The notes below the pieces were generated by a model, which searched no databases, had not been told where the DNA came from, and saw nothing but the letters and a program-made list of their open reading frames with translations. From assembly GCA_002269645.1 (NCBI GenBank), contig NIVC01003761.1, positions 14,191 through 78,190 of the forward strand: a DNA stretch of 64,000 nt. Reading direction: 5' to 3'. This stretch comes from Macrostomum lignano (Eukaryota). The position numbers were made by a program, and so were the translations under genes. Positions 1 to 10,552 of the stretch are shown here, piece after piece (the stretch's first letter is position 1; every line of letters begins with the position of its first letter).

Positions 1-1457
1 CAGCTGGATAGAGGCCCGCATAAGATTGCGGGTGAGTCTCAGGAACGAGGGTATCTTGGCTGCTTCACGAAGGAGAACAGGGTAGATACCATCAGGTCCA
101 GGAGATTTGAAGGGTTTGAAGGTTCTGACCGCACGAGCGATTAGGTCTTCAGTGACAATGCCCGCCGCTAGGGTGGCTCCATCCATCGAATGGTTGGGCT
201 CCGGTCTAGCAGTAGGTACCCTCGGGAAGAATGTGCTAAGCATATGCTGAAGCACTTCTTCAGGGTCTTTAGTAAGAGAGCCATCATCTTTTTTGATCAT
301 GGCTAATTTGGACATTTTGTCCATTGTAAGGGCCTTGACAAGCCTAGAAGTAGGTCTGTCTTGATCCAATTCATTGCAGAATTGGCGCCACTTACATTCC
401 TTGGCCTTGCGCACTTCAGATTTGAAATTGCGGGAGGCTTGCCGGAAAAGCTCCATGTCCTCCGGGTTTCCGGTCTTCATGGCACGGCGATGAAGGCTTT
501 TGGCCTTCCGCCTGAGTTTCCCCAGCTCCGGGTTCCACCACGGCGCCGAGGTCTTGCCTTTGTAGGCGCGAGCAGGACAAGCCGCTTCGTAGGCTTCAAT
601 AATGCAACCTGTCAGCGTCTCAGCCATATGATCCACATCCTCGCAGGTCTCAATCGGACGTAAGTCCGTGAGTTCCTGCAGGTGCAGATCAAGGGCAGCC
701 TTGTAGGCCGCCCAATCAGTGTTGCGGATATTGCGTCTCCAAGTGATCGGAGACTGGGTTTTAGTGTCCGCGATGTTAAAGGCGATAAAGCAGTGGTCAG
801 ACAGGGAGGGCTCCTCAGACCAGACTCTCCACTCCTCAACTCTGTCAAAGAGTCTTGGGGTAACGAGTGTGGCGTCGAGGACCTCGTCCATCTGCCATTA
901 TTAAAGGTAGGAGTGCTGCCGCGGTTGCAGAGCATGAGGTTTGTGTTAGAGATGAGGGCCAGAAGCTCCTCTCCTCTAGTGTTGGTATCTTTGCTGCCCC
1001 AGTGCTTGTGGTGCGCGTTGAGGTCGCCCCCTAAGCACAGCTCAGCGTTCTGGGACTCGCAGTACTGCGCGAGGCGCAGTAAATTCTCAGGAGCAGGGTC
1101 TCTGTCGCCTGGGATATAAACCGAGGCAACAAGACACGTACGCGGAGAGAAATGATTAGATTGGATGACGCAAAGGTCTCCATCAGAGAGATCAGTCCTC
1201 AGCCAAGCCTGGAGATGGCTAGCAGCGAGGATAGCCGCTCTAGGGCGACTGTTCCCCGGGCCACACACATAAAAATCAGAGTAGCCAGAGGGAATGTTGG
1301 GCAACTTACTGTTGCGCATCCAGGGTTCCTGGATCAGGATGAGGCCTGGCCTGTACAGCTCAGCAATCTTCATCAGATTTACTGACGCAGATACGCAATG
1401 CTGTAAATTAATTTGCAGACAGAATGTCGCTCCTTTGGCAGCGTGGAGCTTAGTCAT
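1..1457 (-). CDS. LINE ORF2 (APE endonuclease-reverse transcriptase), partial, with one frameshift near 889
   Basis: ATG at 1457. Restoring one G in AGATGG(G)ACGAGGTC gives GRW-DEVLDATL and an open frame to position 1 ending in KSPGPDGIYPVLLREAAK. Confidence 0.88.
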
Positions 1458-1480
1458 ACTGTATTAAATGCAATTTCTGG

Positions 1481-3000
1481 CTAGAGCCCAGGGCCATCAA
1501 GGAGACTTGGACAACAGATCGTCCTCGTCCCAGGCCGCTGGGGCTTGACTGGGAGATGGGAGTTGGTCGACGTCCATGGCCTCCTCACCCCCACCGGCCC
1601 CCCAGCAGAGTCCTCAGGCTCCGATGACAGGATGGAGGAAGCTTCCTCACCTGCATCTTTACCTTCAGACCCCACCAGGGTGGCCGAGGAGAGCTCGGAT
1701 TCCGAAGACCCGGCCTCGTCCTCAACTCCTTCTCCGACTGGCAGGTTTGGTTCCCGGGGCTTGGCCGGAGCCGTTACCGCGGTCGCCGAACTGCTGCTAG
1801 CAGAGGGGCGAGATGCAGCTTCGGCTTTGGGATCGGCTTGCGCCTTTCCTTGGGCCTTAGACTGCGCCCCGCTCTTGCCGGAGATGCCGGGGTTGGCAGT
1901 AGCCTTCCCTTTGGCAGACTTTCCTCGGCGCATCTTGAGCTTGAGGGCACCCAGCTGGAAAGAGGATCCATTAGGGTACCGACTCGCCCAAGTGCTGGAA
2001 AGGCCGAGGACAATTGAGTTGCCCGTCTCCCCCTGCGGACTTTGCGGTGATACACCAGTCCACTAGCAGGGAGGTCGGGGTTCAGACGCAGTAGGACCCG
2101 GCGAATAACGTCTGGTCCAGCTGCGGTGCTCTTAGCAGGGACGAAAACCACATAGGGTATCGTCTTTGGACGCTGGCCCTCGCGAAGAAAAAGAGCTCCG
2201 CCAAGGTCAGCATCCAAGGAGACCGTCGGTAGCCGCTGGAGCAGCTGCCGAGCGTCCTCCTCGCTGCTAGGAGCAATAAGAACGAATGTGCTTCGCAGCA
2301 CCATCCGCTCAATGCCGATGGAGATTCCCTCCTCGACAGTCAGCTCAATCAGATAGGAGTCAACAGCACTCCACACTTTTTGAAGCTGATCAGTGGTCCA
2401 GTCCTGGTCGCGACCTTGGATGATCACTCCCGGGATTTTGGCCTTGGCCTTCGCCGCAAAGGTAGCTCCCGAAGGAACCTCCTTGTTGGCAGTGGCCATT
2501 TGTTGCGCCGTGGTTTCGGCCTCAGCAGCCGCAGCAGCATCTCCAGGGAGCGCCGCCGCTGAACTACCGGAGCTTCCACCGGCCGGCCCGTCTGGTTGCC
2601 TTGGGACGCCAGTCGCTTCAGCATCCATGGTGGACGCCGCCGCTTTGGCCCCCGCAGCTCCCTTCTTGGCCTGCCTTTTGGCGCGTTGTTTAGCGCGTTT
2701 GCGCTCAAGCCGAGCCCGCTGAGCTTCGTCGGATCTGCCAGATTTGGCCGGTCCTTTAGGCTCAGAGCTCGCGGTTCCCTTAGATCCACCAGCGGAGCTG
2801 GCAGGTCTTTGGGTATTTTGAGTTTGGTAGCTCTGGTCGGATCTGCCAGCAGAGCCAGCCGGTCCTTCCTTTGCCACAGTTGAATCAGTCGGTTGGGATC
2901 TGCCAGCAGGGCCGGCCGGTCCTTCGGACTGAGGTTGGGGTTTAGAAGGGTCCCCGTCCCTAGAAATAGCTTGTTTATCCATAGTCGGCTCGAAGGCCAT
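1481..3000 (-). CDS. LINE ORF1 (gag-like, DUF4780-like region), split by one frameshift in a G-run near 2029-2033
   Basis: ORFs 1774..3057 and 1481..1933 join if one G is restored in CGCAGGGGG(G)AGACG, giving ..VYHRKVRRG-ETGNSIVLGL..KLKMRRGK... First ATG is at 3000. The DUF4780 resemblance (VVFVP..IRRVLLRLNPDL) is from memory. Confidence 0.7.
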
Positions 3001-3519
3001 GATAGAAGGTTGGTGGGCTACCCTCAAAGGGGCGCGGTACCCACCCGGCCGCTCCACCTGACCGGGCAGTAGGCCAATAGCACCCTCAAGGCTGGCCCGA
3101 CACCAGGAGGGGGACCGCTTGCGACCGGACTACTCCCCGGCCTTCCAGCCCATCGGCACGGTCAACACCTTAGGCATTAGAGAGTACGTTGAGCAGTACC
3201 ACGGCCTGCAGGTTGGCGAGCCAGACCCGCATACCCAAATTCGGCCGAAGCCACTGGATAGGGTCGCCAGCGCCGGAGCCCAGTCTGTCCAGCAGCCCTA
3301 GGGACTGCCTTGAACACACGCGGGGACGAGTACCCTGGGTCGACTTGCGAGACAGCGTGGGGGGGGGTCTGCGGCTGCCAGAGGCAAATAGAGGGTGCAG
3401 ACCTCCCACCAGCCTTGACCTGCTGAAGATAGGGGCAGGCGTGAAGCATCGCAGACCTTAGCCCATGGGCCTAGTCTGTCTCATACTTCACTGGCATGCT
3501 GAATACGCCTTCGCGTGCC

Positions 3520-5008
3520 CTGTTCACTTCTGTTCACTCCTGTTCACTCCTGTTCACACTCCTGTTCACTCCTGTTCACACTCCTGTTCACTCCTGTTCA
3601 CTCCTGTTCACTTCTGTTCACTCCTGTTCACTCCTGTTCACACTCCTGTTCACTCCTGTTCACTCCTGTTCACACTCCTGTTCACTCCTGTTCACTCATG
3701 TTCACACTCCTGTTCACTCTTGCTCACACTTCTGTTAACACTCCTGTTCACACTTCTGCTAACACTCCTGTTCACACTCCTGTTCACTCTTGCTCACACT
3801 TCTGCTAACACTCCTGTACACTCCTGTTCACTCCTGTTCACTCCTGTTCACTCCTGTTCACTCCTGTTCACTCCTGTTCACTCCTGTTCACTCCTGTTCA
3901 CTCCTGTTCACTCATGTTCACTTGTGTTCACTCCTGTTCACTCCTGTTCACTCCTGTTCACTCCTGTTCACTCCTGTTCACTCCTGTTCACTCCTGTTCA
4001 CTTCTGTTCACTCATGTTCACTCCTGTTCACTCCTGTTCACTCCTGTTCACTCCTGTTCACTCTTGTTCACTTCTGGTCACTCCTGTTCACTCCTGTTCA
4101 CTCATGTTCACTCCTGTTCACTCCTGTTCACTCGTGTTCACTCCTGTTCACTCCTGTTCACTCCTGTTCACTCATGTTCACTCGTGTTCACTCCTGTTCA
4201 CTCCTGTTTACTCGTGTTCACTCATGTTCACTCCTGTTCATTCCTGTTCACTCCTGTTCACTCCTGTTCACTCCTGTTCACTCTTGTTCACTTCTGGTCA
4301 CTCTTGTTCACTTCTGGTCACTCCTGTTCACTCCTGTTCACTCCTGTTCACTCCTGTTCACTCCTGTTCACTCTTGTTCACTTCTGGTCACTCCTGTTCA
4401 CTCCTGTTCACTCATGTTCACTCCTGTTCACTCCTGTTCACTCGTGTTCACTCCTGTTCACTCCTGTTCACTCCTGTTCACTCATGTTCACTCGTGTTCA
4501 CTCCTGTTCACTCCTGTTTACTCGTGTTCACTCATGTTCACTCCTGTTCATTCCTGTTCACTCCTGTTCACTCCTGTTCACTCCTGTTCACTCGTGTTCA
4601 CTTCTGGTCACTCCTGTTCACTCCTGTTCACTCATGTTCACTCCTGTTCACTCCTGTTCACTCGTGTTCACTCCTGTTCACTCCTGTTCACTCCTGTTCA
4701 CTCATGTTCACTCGTGTTCACTCCTGTTCACTCCTGTTTACTCGTGTTCACTCATGTTCACTCCTGTTCATTCCTGTTCACTCCTGTTCACTCCTGTTCA
4801 CTCCTGTTCACTCTTGTTCACTTCTGGTCACTCTTGTTCACTTCTGGTCACTCCTGTTCACTCCTGTTCACTCCTGTTCACTCCTGTTCACTCCTGTTCA
4901 CTCCTGTTCACTCCTGTTCACTCCTGTTCACTCCTGTTCACTCCTGTTCACTCCTGTTCACTCCTGTTCACTCCTGTTCACTCCTGTTCACTCCTGCTCA
5001 CTCCTGTT
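3520..5008. repeat. 10-bp satellite (CACTCCTGTT)n, about 150 units, with higher-order blocks
   Basis: Directly visible. The variant block CTCCTGTTTA-CTCGTGTTCA-CTCATGTTCA-CTCCTGTTCA-TTCCTGTTCA recurs at 4201, 4511 and 4731. Confidence 0.98.
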
Positions 5009-5421
5009 ATTAGCCTACTCTAACCAAGACAGATCGGAGAGTACTTTATTGAGTACCTACTTTATAAAGGCAAGAAAACCTCTGCTCAAAGTTTGCCCTC
5101 AAATTCAACCCTCGCCCTAAGCAACCACATAATAGTTGTTTTTAACGAGTTTAAAATCAGAGCGCAACAATTCGCGTTAATTGACGTTTAGCGTGACAAT
5201 CAGCTAATTGGAAATTAGAACGCAAAATACACCATCAAGCAGAGCAAACAGCGTCAAGATTCTGATAAGCCAAACGGGGCTCCTAAACTAGACCGGGAAT
5301 GCTCGCCCTATCAGCTGAGGAACATTTACTAAAGTAAATGCGCGCGCCATTTGCAATCCAAATTGTTTGGCAGACCAGAAACTAATGACCTTAATCGATA
5401 ACTATTGCTGCGGAAAGCAGA

Positions 5422-7095
5422 ATGAATTCTGTAGGTCAGCTTGTAGCGCAGGCCCTTGAGAGAACCAACGCTCACGCGCTAGCCCGTCTAGTCACTGAAA
5501 AGCGGCTGTACACGAGAGTCCTGTGGCTGATTGCCTGGCTGATCTGCTGTGGCTTCTTCATCCGCCAGCTGGTCGGCTTCATTATCCGTCTCCAGGCGAA
5601 TGACGTCACTACAAACCTTCGAGTCGACGAGGTGCCGTTCCAGTACCCGGATCTGTACTTTTGCTTCGACAACCCCATGTCCGGCAGCCGGCACTTGGAG
5701 GTGAGCCCGGAGTTTGCTGCGCTGGTCAACTGGACGCTACAGTCAGCGAAAGCGACCACGGAGAGCTGGTGCAGTCAGCTGCCCGAGGAGTACTGCGACG
5801 CGATCAAGTTGGACTCAGCTGAGCTGCGGCTCAACTCGCTGCCTTACAATCGGCTAGTGAACGAATTGGGCCATATAAAAGAGCAGTCGATCATAGTGGC
5901 GACCCTAGCGAGAACCAACGGACTAGACTATTACCAAATGCTGCTGGAAGGAAAGCCGTTTTATCATCCGAAGCATCTCCGTTGCTTCAAGATTTCGCTA
6001 AATGTCACGCAGCGAGAAGTTATGCGAATCGCTGGACCAGACGACGTCTTGTACATCATGGCAATGATGGACGCTCCAGACTTACGAATGGGCCGTCCAA
6101 TTCTACCAGTTGTCAGCAACGAGTTTGGAAACTTCACCGCACCCTACTGGGCGTTGGACAGAGTTAGCCTGTCCTCAAAGGTCCGCAGCTCGACCATTCG
6201 AGTCTACATCACCAGTCCCGGTCACTATCCGACCGACTTCGACGAATCAATGGTACTCGAGAGCGGTCGCAGCTACAGCATCCAGCTCGAGATGGAGGAG
6301 CAGGTGCACAGCGAAGACCCAAATCGATGCGTCGAGAGCCATCCGAGCGTGAATATTGTGAACCCGTTCGACAACTCTGCGTACCCGGTGGTCTACAACT
6401 ACGGCTACTGCTACCTGAGCGCGATGCAGGCCCAGTTCAGGCGAGTGCTCAATGCCTCGTTGGGGTACCTCCCGCAGCCGTGGCCGCCCTCCGACCGCTT
6501 GCTGTTTAACCTCAGCAGCCGTTGGGGCCAAAGCACGGAGGACATTAAAAACTACTTGGAGAAGAAATCAGAGTTAAAAATCGAAGAACCATTTGAACGT
6601 TGCGTCAACTTACGTCCTTGCACTGAACAGATTTACACAGCAACTGTTCGGAGCACTCTTTGGCTAGTCGAGAGCATCATTGACGACGTGGAAGGCTTGT
6701 TGATTTATTCCCAAAACAGGTCAGACAGTACCATGACTGCGTTAAAGTACTTAGAGAAAATTTTTGCTACTAAAAACTACAGTCGAGAGCTGGCAGACTA
6801 CCTTTGGGCCAACATGCTGCAGATGCAGATCGCCGTTGAGAAGTCTAGATCGAACCGGATCATCTTCACTCGAGCTTACAGCTTGGAGAGCTTCGTGGCC
6901 GACTTGGGCGGAATTCTGGGCATCTACCTGGGCATGTCCGTGCTCACCGCCTGCGAGATTGTCCAGTTCCTGCACGACCTGGTCATTTTCTGCTTGGGAA
7001 AGTCAAATGTCGAAGAGAAGAAAAAGCAGAAGGAATCAAAGGAGATGGAAATTGTCAGTACATTTGAAAGCTTGAGTGCTTTTAGTTCGTCTTGA
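5422..7095 (+). CDS. DEG/ENaC (amiloride-sensitive sodium channel family) subunit, intronless, 557 aa
   Basis: Pre-TM1 TNAHAL, TM1 VLWLIAWLICCGFF, YPDLYFCFDNP, Cys-containing ectodomain, TM2 SFVADLGGILGIYLGMSVLTACEI. Confidence 0.92.
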   Translation: MNSVGQLVAQALERTNAHALARLVTEKRLYTRVLWLIAWLICCGFFIRQLVGFIIRLQANDVTTNLRVDEVPFQYPDLYFCFDNPMSGSRHLEVSPEFAALVNWTLQSAKATTESWCSQLPEEYCDAIKLDSAELRLNSLPYNRLVNELGHIKEQSIIVATLARTNGLDYYQMLLEGKPFYHPKHLRCFKISLNVTQREVMRIAGPDDVLYIMAMMDAPDLRMGRPILPVVSNEFGNFTAPYWALDRVSLSSKVRSSTIRVYITSPGHYPTDFDESMVLESGRSYSIQLEMEEQVHSEDPNRCVESHPSVNIVNPFDNSAYPVVYNYGYCYLSAMQAQFRRVLNASLGYLPQPWPPSDRLLFNLSSRWGQSTEDIKNYLEKKSELKIEEPFERCVNLRPCTEQIYTATVRSTLWLVESIIDDVEGLLIYSQNRSDSTMTALKYLEKIFATKNYSRELADYLWANMLQMQIAVEKSRSNRIIFTRAYSLESFVADLGGILGIYLGMSVLTACEIVQFLHDLVIFCLGKSNVEEKKKQKESKEMEIVSTFESLSAFSSS

Positions 7096-7881
7096 TTTCA
7101 TTGCACTTGTCATGGGGGCGCTGGACTTGATTTTCTAAGAATTGTTTAAGTAGTTAGTAAGTATGCTCTTAAAAGCGCATATTAGTGAGTAGTAAGTAGT
7201 GAGTAATATCCTAAAAATTTTTTAACTAATCTGAAGACAGATCCGGAAAATTTTTTGAACTTAATTTCTTCGGTTTGGTATAATATGCTTTTTGTATTCG
7301 TACTACTACGCCTCTTAGTTTTACTGCAACAACAAAAAACATTTTTGCAGACGAGTTACATTAGCTTTTTCATAGCGCTGAATAGGAGCTATTGACAAAG
7401 GAACAAGAGGAATTTCTTCGGAACTCTGCTTGCTCACCGGTCTTCAGTAGCATTTCATGAAAATTGCCTTACAAACTTGTGGGTGCATTGTCGAACGAAA
7501 CGTGATTTTGTGAACTATTTTTACAACGAAAATCAGCCTCCTTTAAGATTTGCAAGAGCTGTGAGTGTACCTAGGAGCCTCCTGCTTGGGGTGTCCAAAA
7601 TTGAAGTTCTCATTGCTTAAACGGGTAAACGAAAGACTATTATTAATTTGAACAAAAGCCACCATACCGAAGAAAGCGTTATTCATTCATGTCAAGTGAA
7701 TCCAGGGAAGAATAGCAAAGACAGGTGTCTATCTATTGTTGCAATTTTTAAAGCAATGCCCCAAGCCAATCCCCCCCCCAAGACGGGGAAAATAATCTTC
7801 CAGAATAAAAAGACTGACTCAACTCTCTGCTCAAAGCCAGATAAAATTTGCTAGGTCACCAAAAAGCAGACAAATAGAACC

Positions 7882-9829
7882 ATGAACGGCGCCAGCAAGA
7901 ACCAAAGCCGCAGAAGGCGAAGGCTTCTATGGACAATTCTAAGAGTTCTCGGTTGGTCCGTGCTGGGAGCTGTCTGGTCTTACTGGCTAGTCGGCTCGTT
8001 GAAGTTGATGCACCAGACTGCAGATCCTGGACCGTCAACAACAAGGGAGCCCGACGAAGCCCAAGGCTGGCGACTCTATCAGTTCAACGAGTCAGCAAGT
8101 CGGCTGATTAGCCCCGATCGCGATATCGGAGATCCCAGATCCCAAGCGTGTCGATTAGCCGCTGACGGTGACAATGACGTCATAATGCCTCAAGCCTCTG
8201 TAATAATCTGCTTTCACAACGAAGCCTGGAGTGTACTGCTCAGAACTGTACACTCGGTGCTCAACAGGTCGCCGAGAGAATCAGTTGCCGAGATCCTTCT
8301 AGTAGACGACGCTTCGACATTGGAACATCTGGGAAAGCCACTTGAAGTACAGCTTAAGAAAGAGAGGTTTTCAGTTACTGATTGTTTTCATTGAACGCCC
8401 TACTGTGTTCGTGCTTTTACACTTTGCAGTGCACGAAAATTATTGTCCTGCGATTTGAGCGCCTTTAGAACCAACCCTCATGCACTGAATTGCAGAAAGC
8501 CAGAGATTTATGTTAGGGTTTGGTTAGTTTAAGTCTATAAAGGTAAAGGTTTAGATACGGACTTAAGTACCTAGGTAGGTAGCGGCTTATGTTAGGGCTT
8601 AATGACAATAATAATTTATTACACCTGTCCTAATGGGCAGATGTGCAACCGACAGCTCAGCCGCGGCTGAATTGCGCGGCGCATCTGAACGCTGCGTACG
8701 GCTGTTCAGTCCAAGGACTGGGGGTCGCCACTTCAATCCCCATTTACCCCAGCTAATGCTGGCACCCATTTTACAGCTGGGTGAACTGAAGCAATGCAGA
8801 GTTAAGTGTCTTGCTCAAAGACACAAAATGTTCCGAATGGGTCGAGAATCGAACCCCCGACCTTTCAGTCGTGAGTCCGACGCTCTAACCACTACGAGAG
8901 TAGGCTACAACCCCTCGGGTTGGGCTTAGGGGTTAAATTAGGGTTGAAATTTCGGTTGGGGCGTAAAGCCAACAAGGGAGTCAACTGCTGAGTAGTGTCA
9001 TGTAAGTGTCTACAAGTCAAATAAATGCTCGGCTGCCAAATTGGGGCAATAAAATGTCACGGCACCTTGCAGGTACGGCGGTAGAGTTCGCGTAATGCGC
9101 ACCGACACTCGTCAAGGTCTCATCCGGGCTCGTCTTCTGGGCGCTCGCGCCGCCAAAGCCGCTGCTCTGGTGTTCCTGGACTCGCATTGCGAGTGCGCAC
9201 CTGGCTGGCTGTCGCCTCTGCTACGCCGACTCGCCGTCAAACCTCTCGCCGTGGTGACCCCAGTCATTGCCACCATCGACGACAAGACATTTGAGTTCAG
9301 GCCTCCGCCTCGAACGTTCTTTCTAATCGGCAGTTTCGACTGGACATTGCAGTTTGTCTGGCGACGGCTGAGACCGAGGCCACCGCTGAACAGCACCGAG
9401 CCGGTGGCCAGTCCCACCATGGCTGGCGGCCTGTTTGCCATCATGCGAGCCAATTTCTACCGCCTAGGCGGCTATGATCCCGGATTCAACGTCTGGGGCG
9501 CCGAGAATCTCGAGCTAAGCTTCAAAGCCTGGATGTGCGGCGGCAGAGTAGAGATCCACCCCTGCTCAATAGTTGGTCACGTGTTTCGGCACAAGTTTCC
9601 GTACAGCTTCGGCAATAACGGAGGCGATACGTTTCGTAGGAATACGGCTAGACTAGCTCGGGTGTGGATGGACGGCTACGCAAGGATGCACTACCGACAA
9701 GGCGGGCCTCCACCGGCTGATATTGGCGACGTGTCTGACAGAGTAGCCCTGCGGCAGCGGCTGCGCTGTCACAGTTTTGATTGGTACGTGCGGACAGTCT
9801 ATCGTCCGGAGCCGAGGAGTACGCGTTGA
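7882..9829 (+). CDS. GALNT: Polypeptide N-acetylgalactosaminyltransferase (GT27), 2 exons, about 413 aa, no ricin lectin domain seen
   Basis: Exons 7882-8366 and 9073-9829 (AG|GTTTTC ... TTGCAG|G, phase 2). N-terminal TM; motifs SVIICFHNEAWSVLLRTVHSV, LVDDAS, GLIRARLLGA, DSHCE, PTMAGGLFA, WGAENLE, GHVFR. Confidence 0.93.
8604..8916 (-). mobile_element. tRNA-derived SINE, family 1, copy 1 (in GALNT intron)
   Basis: On the - strand: A-box-like GTAGTGGTTAGAGC, B-box GGTTCGATTC, central TGTGTCTTTGAGCAAGACACTTAACTC..CAGCTGTAAAATGGG, (AAT)n-type tail. Homologous to 41475-41715 and 47773-48080. Confidence 0.88.
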
Positions 9830-10552
9830 TAAGGCAAACTAATGACTATATTGAAATCATACTTGATGCTTTGTAGCCCACAGAGATGAATAGTGAGGAC
9901 AAGGAAGACGGGAAAACTAGAAAGGCCAAAGAAAGGTCGGCCATTGGCAGACAGGCGATTCTCAAGTTTTTGGAGTTGTTCTTCAAGTCCTTTCAAGAGT
10001 ATTCGCATGATTGTGACTTGGTAAGATGATTACTTCACGTAGGCCCACGTTAAAGAGTAACATTTTAACACTCTTATACTGCTTAAGTAAGTTTGGCGTA
10101 CGATTATTGCTTTAATAGATTAAGTAAAGTACACAAAGTGAAGGAACTTTATGAAAAGTTTGTAATCAAATTATAAAAGTTTGAGGACTGCAAAAACTGG
10201 TTTCGGCATTTTGTATTTAATACATGTTAAAACAAAATTAGATAGTTTGAAATGCAACCAACTATAGTCATTGTGTGTCAGGTTTAGAATATTTAAAAAA
10301 AACTACAAATATCGTAGATTCTGCACTGCATTCAGAATATTCAATTTCTATGAAAAACTTTCAATTGAAAAAACCAATTCAACTATAAAAGATTGGAACA
10401 CATCAAAACATCTGCTGCTAAATATATACTTCAAAATTATGATACGAAATTATTGAAATGCACTTTACAGACGAGACTTAGGAAAACTCTTGATTTCAAA
10501 GCACAAAATTATTGGGCTTCAGAAGCCTTATCAGTACGTCAGCATCCATCTT

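Larger units (their letters stand above)
1..3519 (-). mobile_element. Non-LTR retrotransposon (R1/LOA-type LINE), 5' portion: 5'UTR, ORF1, ORF2 (APE endonuclease plus start of RT); runs off the window start
   Basis: ORF2 begins with APE motifs LQINLQH, LIQEPW, GGDLNAHHKHWGS, TPTF. The continuing frame (about 889 to 1) reads DEVLDATL..SDH..APWWNPEL..FKPFKSPGPDGIYPVLL, typical of the endonuclease-RT linker and RT start. ORF1 lies upstream, preceded by a GC-rich UTR. Confidence 0.92.

Noticed and set aside
3465-5120. ORFs of 369-551 aa (HSCSLLFTPV)n
   Set aside because: Decamer satellite read-through.
5410-7890. AG acceptors just upstream of several ATGs (ENaC, GALNT, ESCO, neprilysin-like) suggesting SL trans-splicing or operons
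   Set aside because: AG near a start codon is common by chance, and no spliced-leader RNA gene was recognised. This needs 5' transcript data.
8505-8600. A few TTAGGG-like motifs (also near 8925-8945 and 57385-57420 as CCCTAA)
   Set aside because: Scattered and degenerate, not a telomeric array.
8840-8916. Possible tRNA genes (also 41480-41550, 48020-48080, 63129-63200)
   Set aside because: No complete cloverleaf, and each continues into a shared SINE body.
9799-10008. - strand ORF LLKGLEEQLQKLENRLSANGRPFFG, vaguely GST C-terminal-like
   Set aside because: Too short, with no supporting neighbouring exons, and it overlaps the GALNT 3' end.
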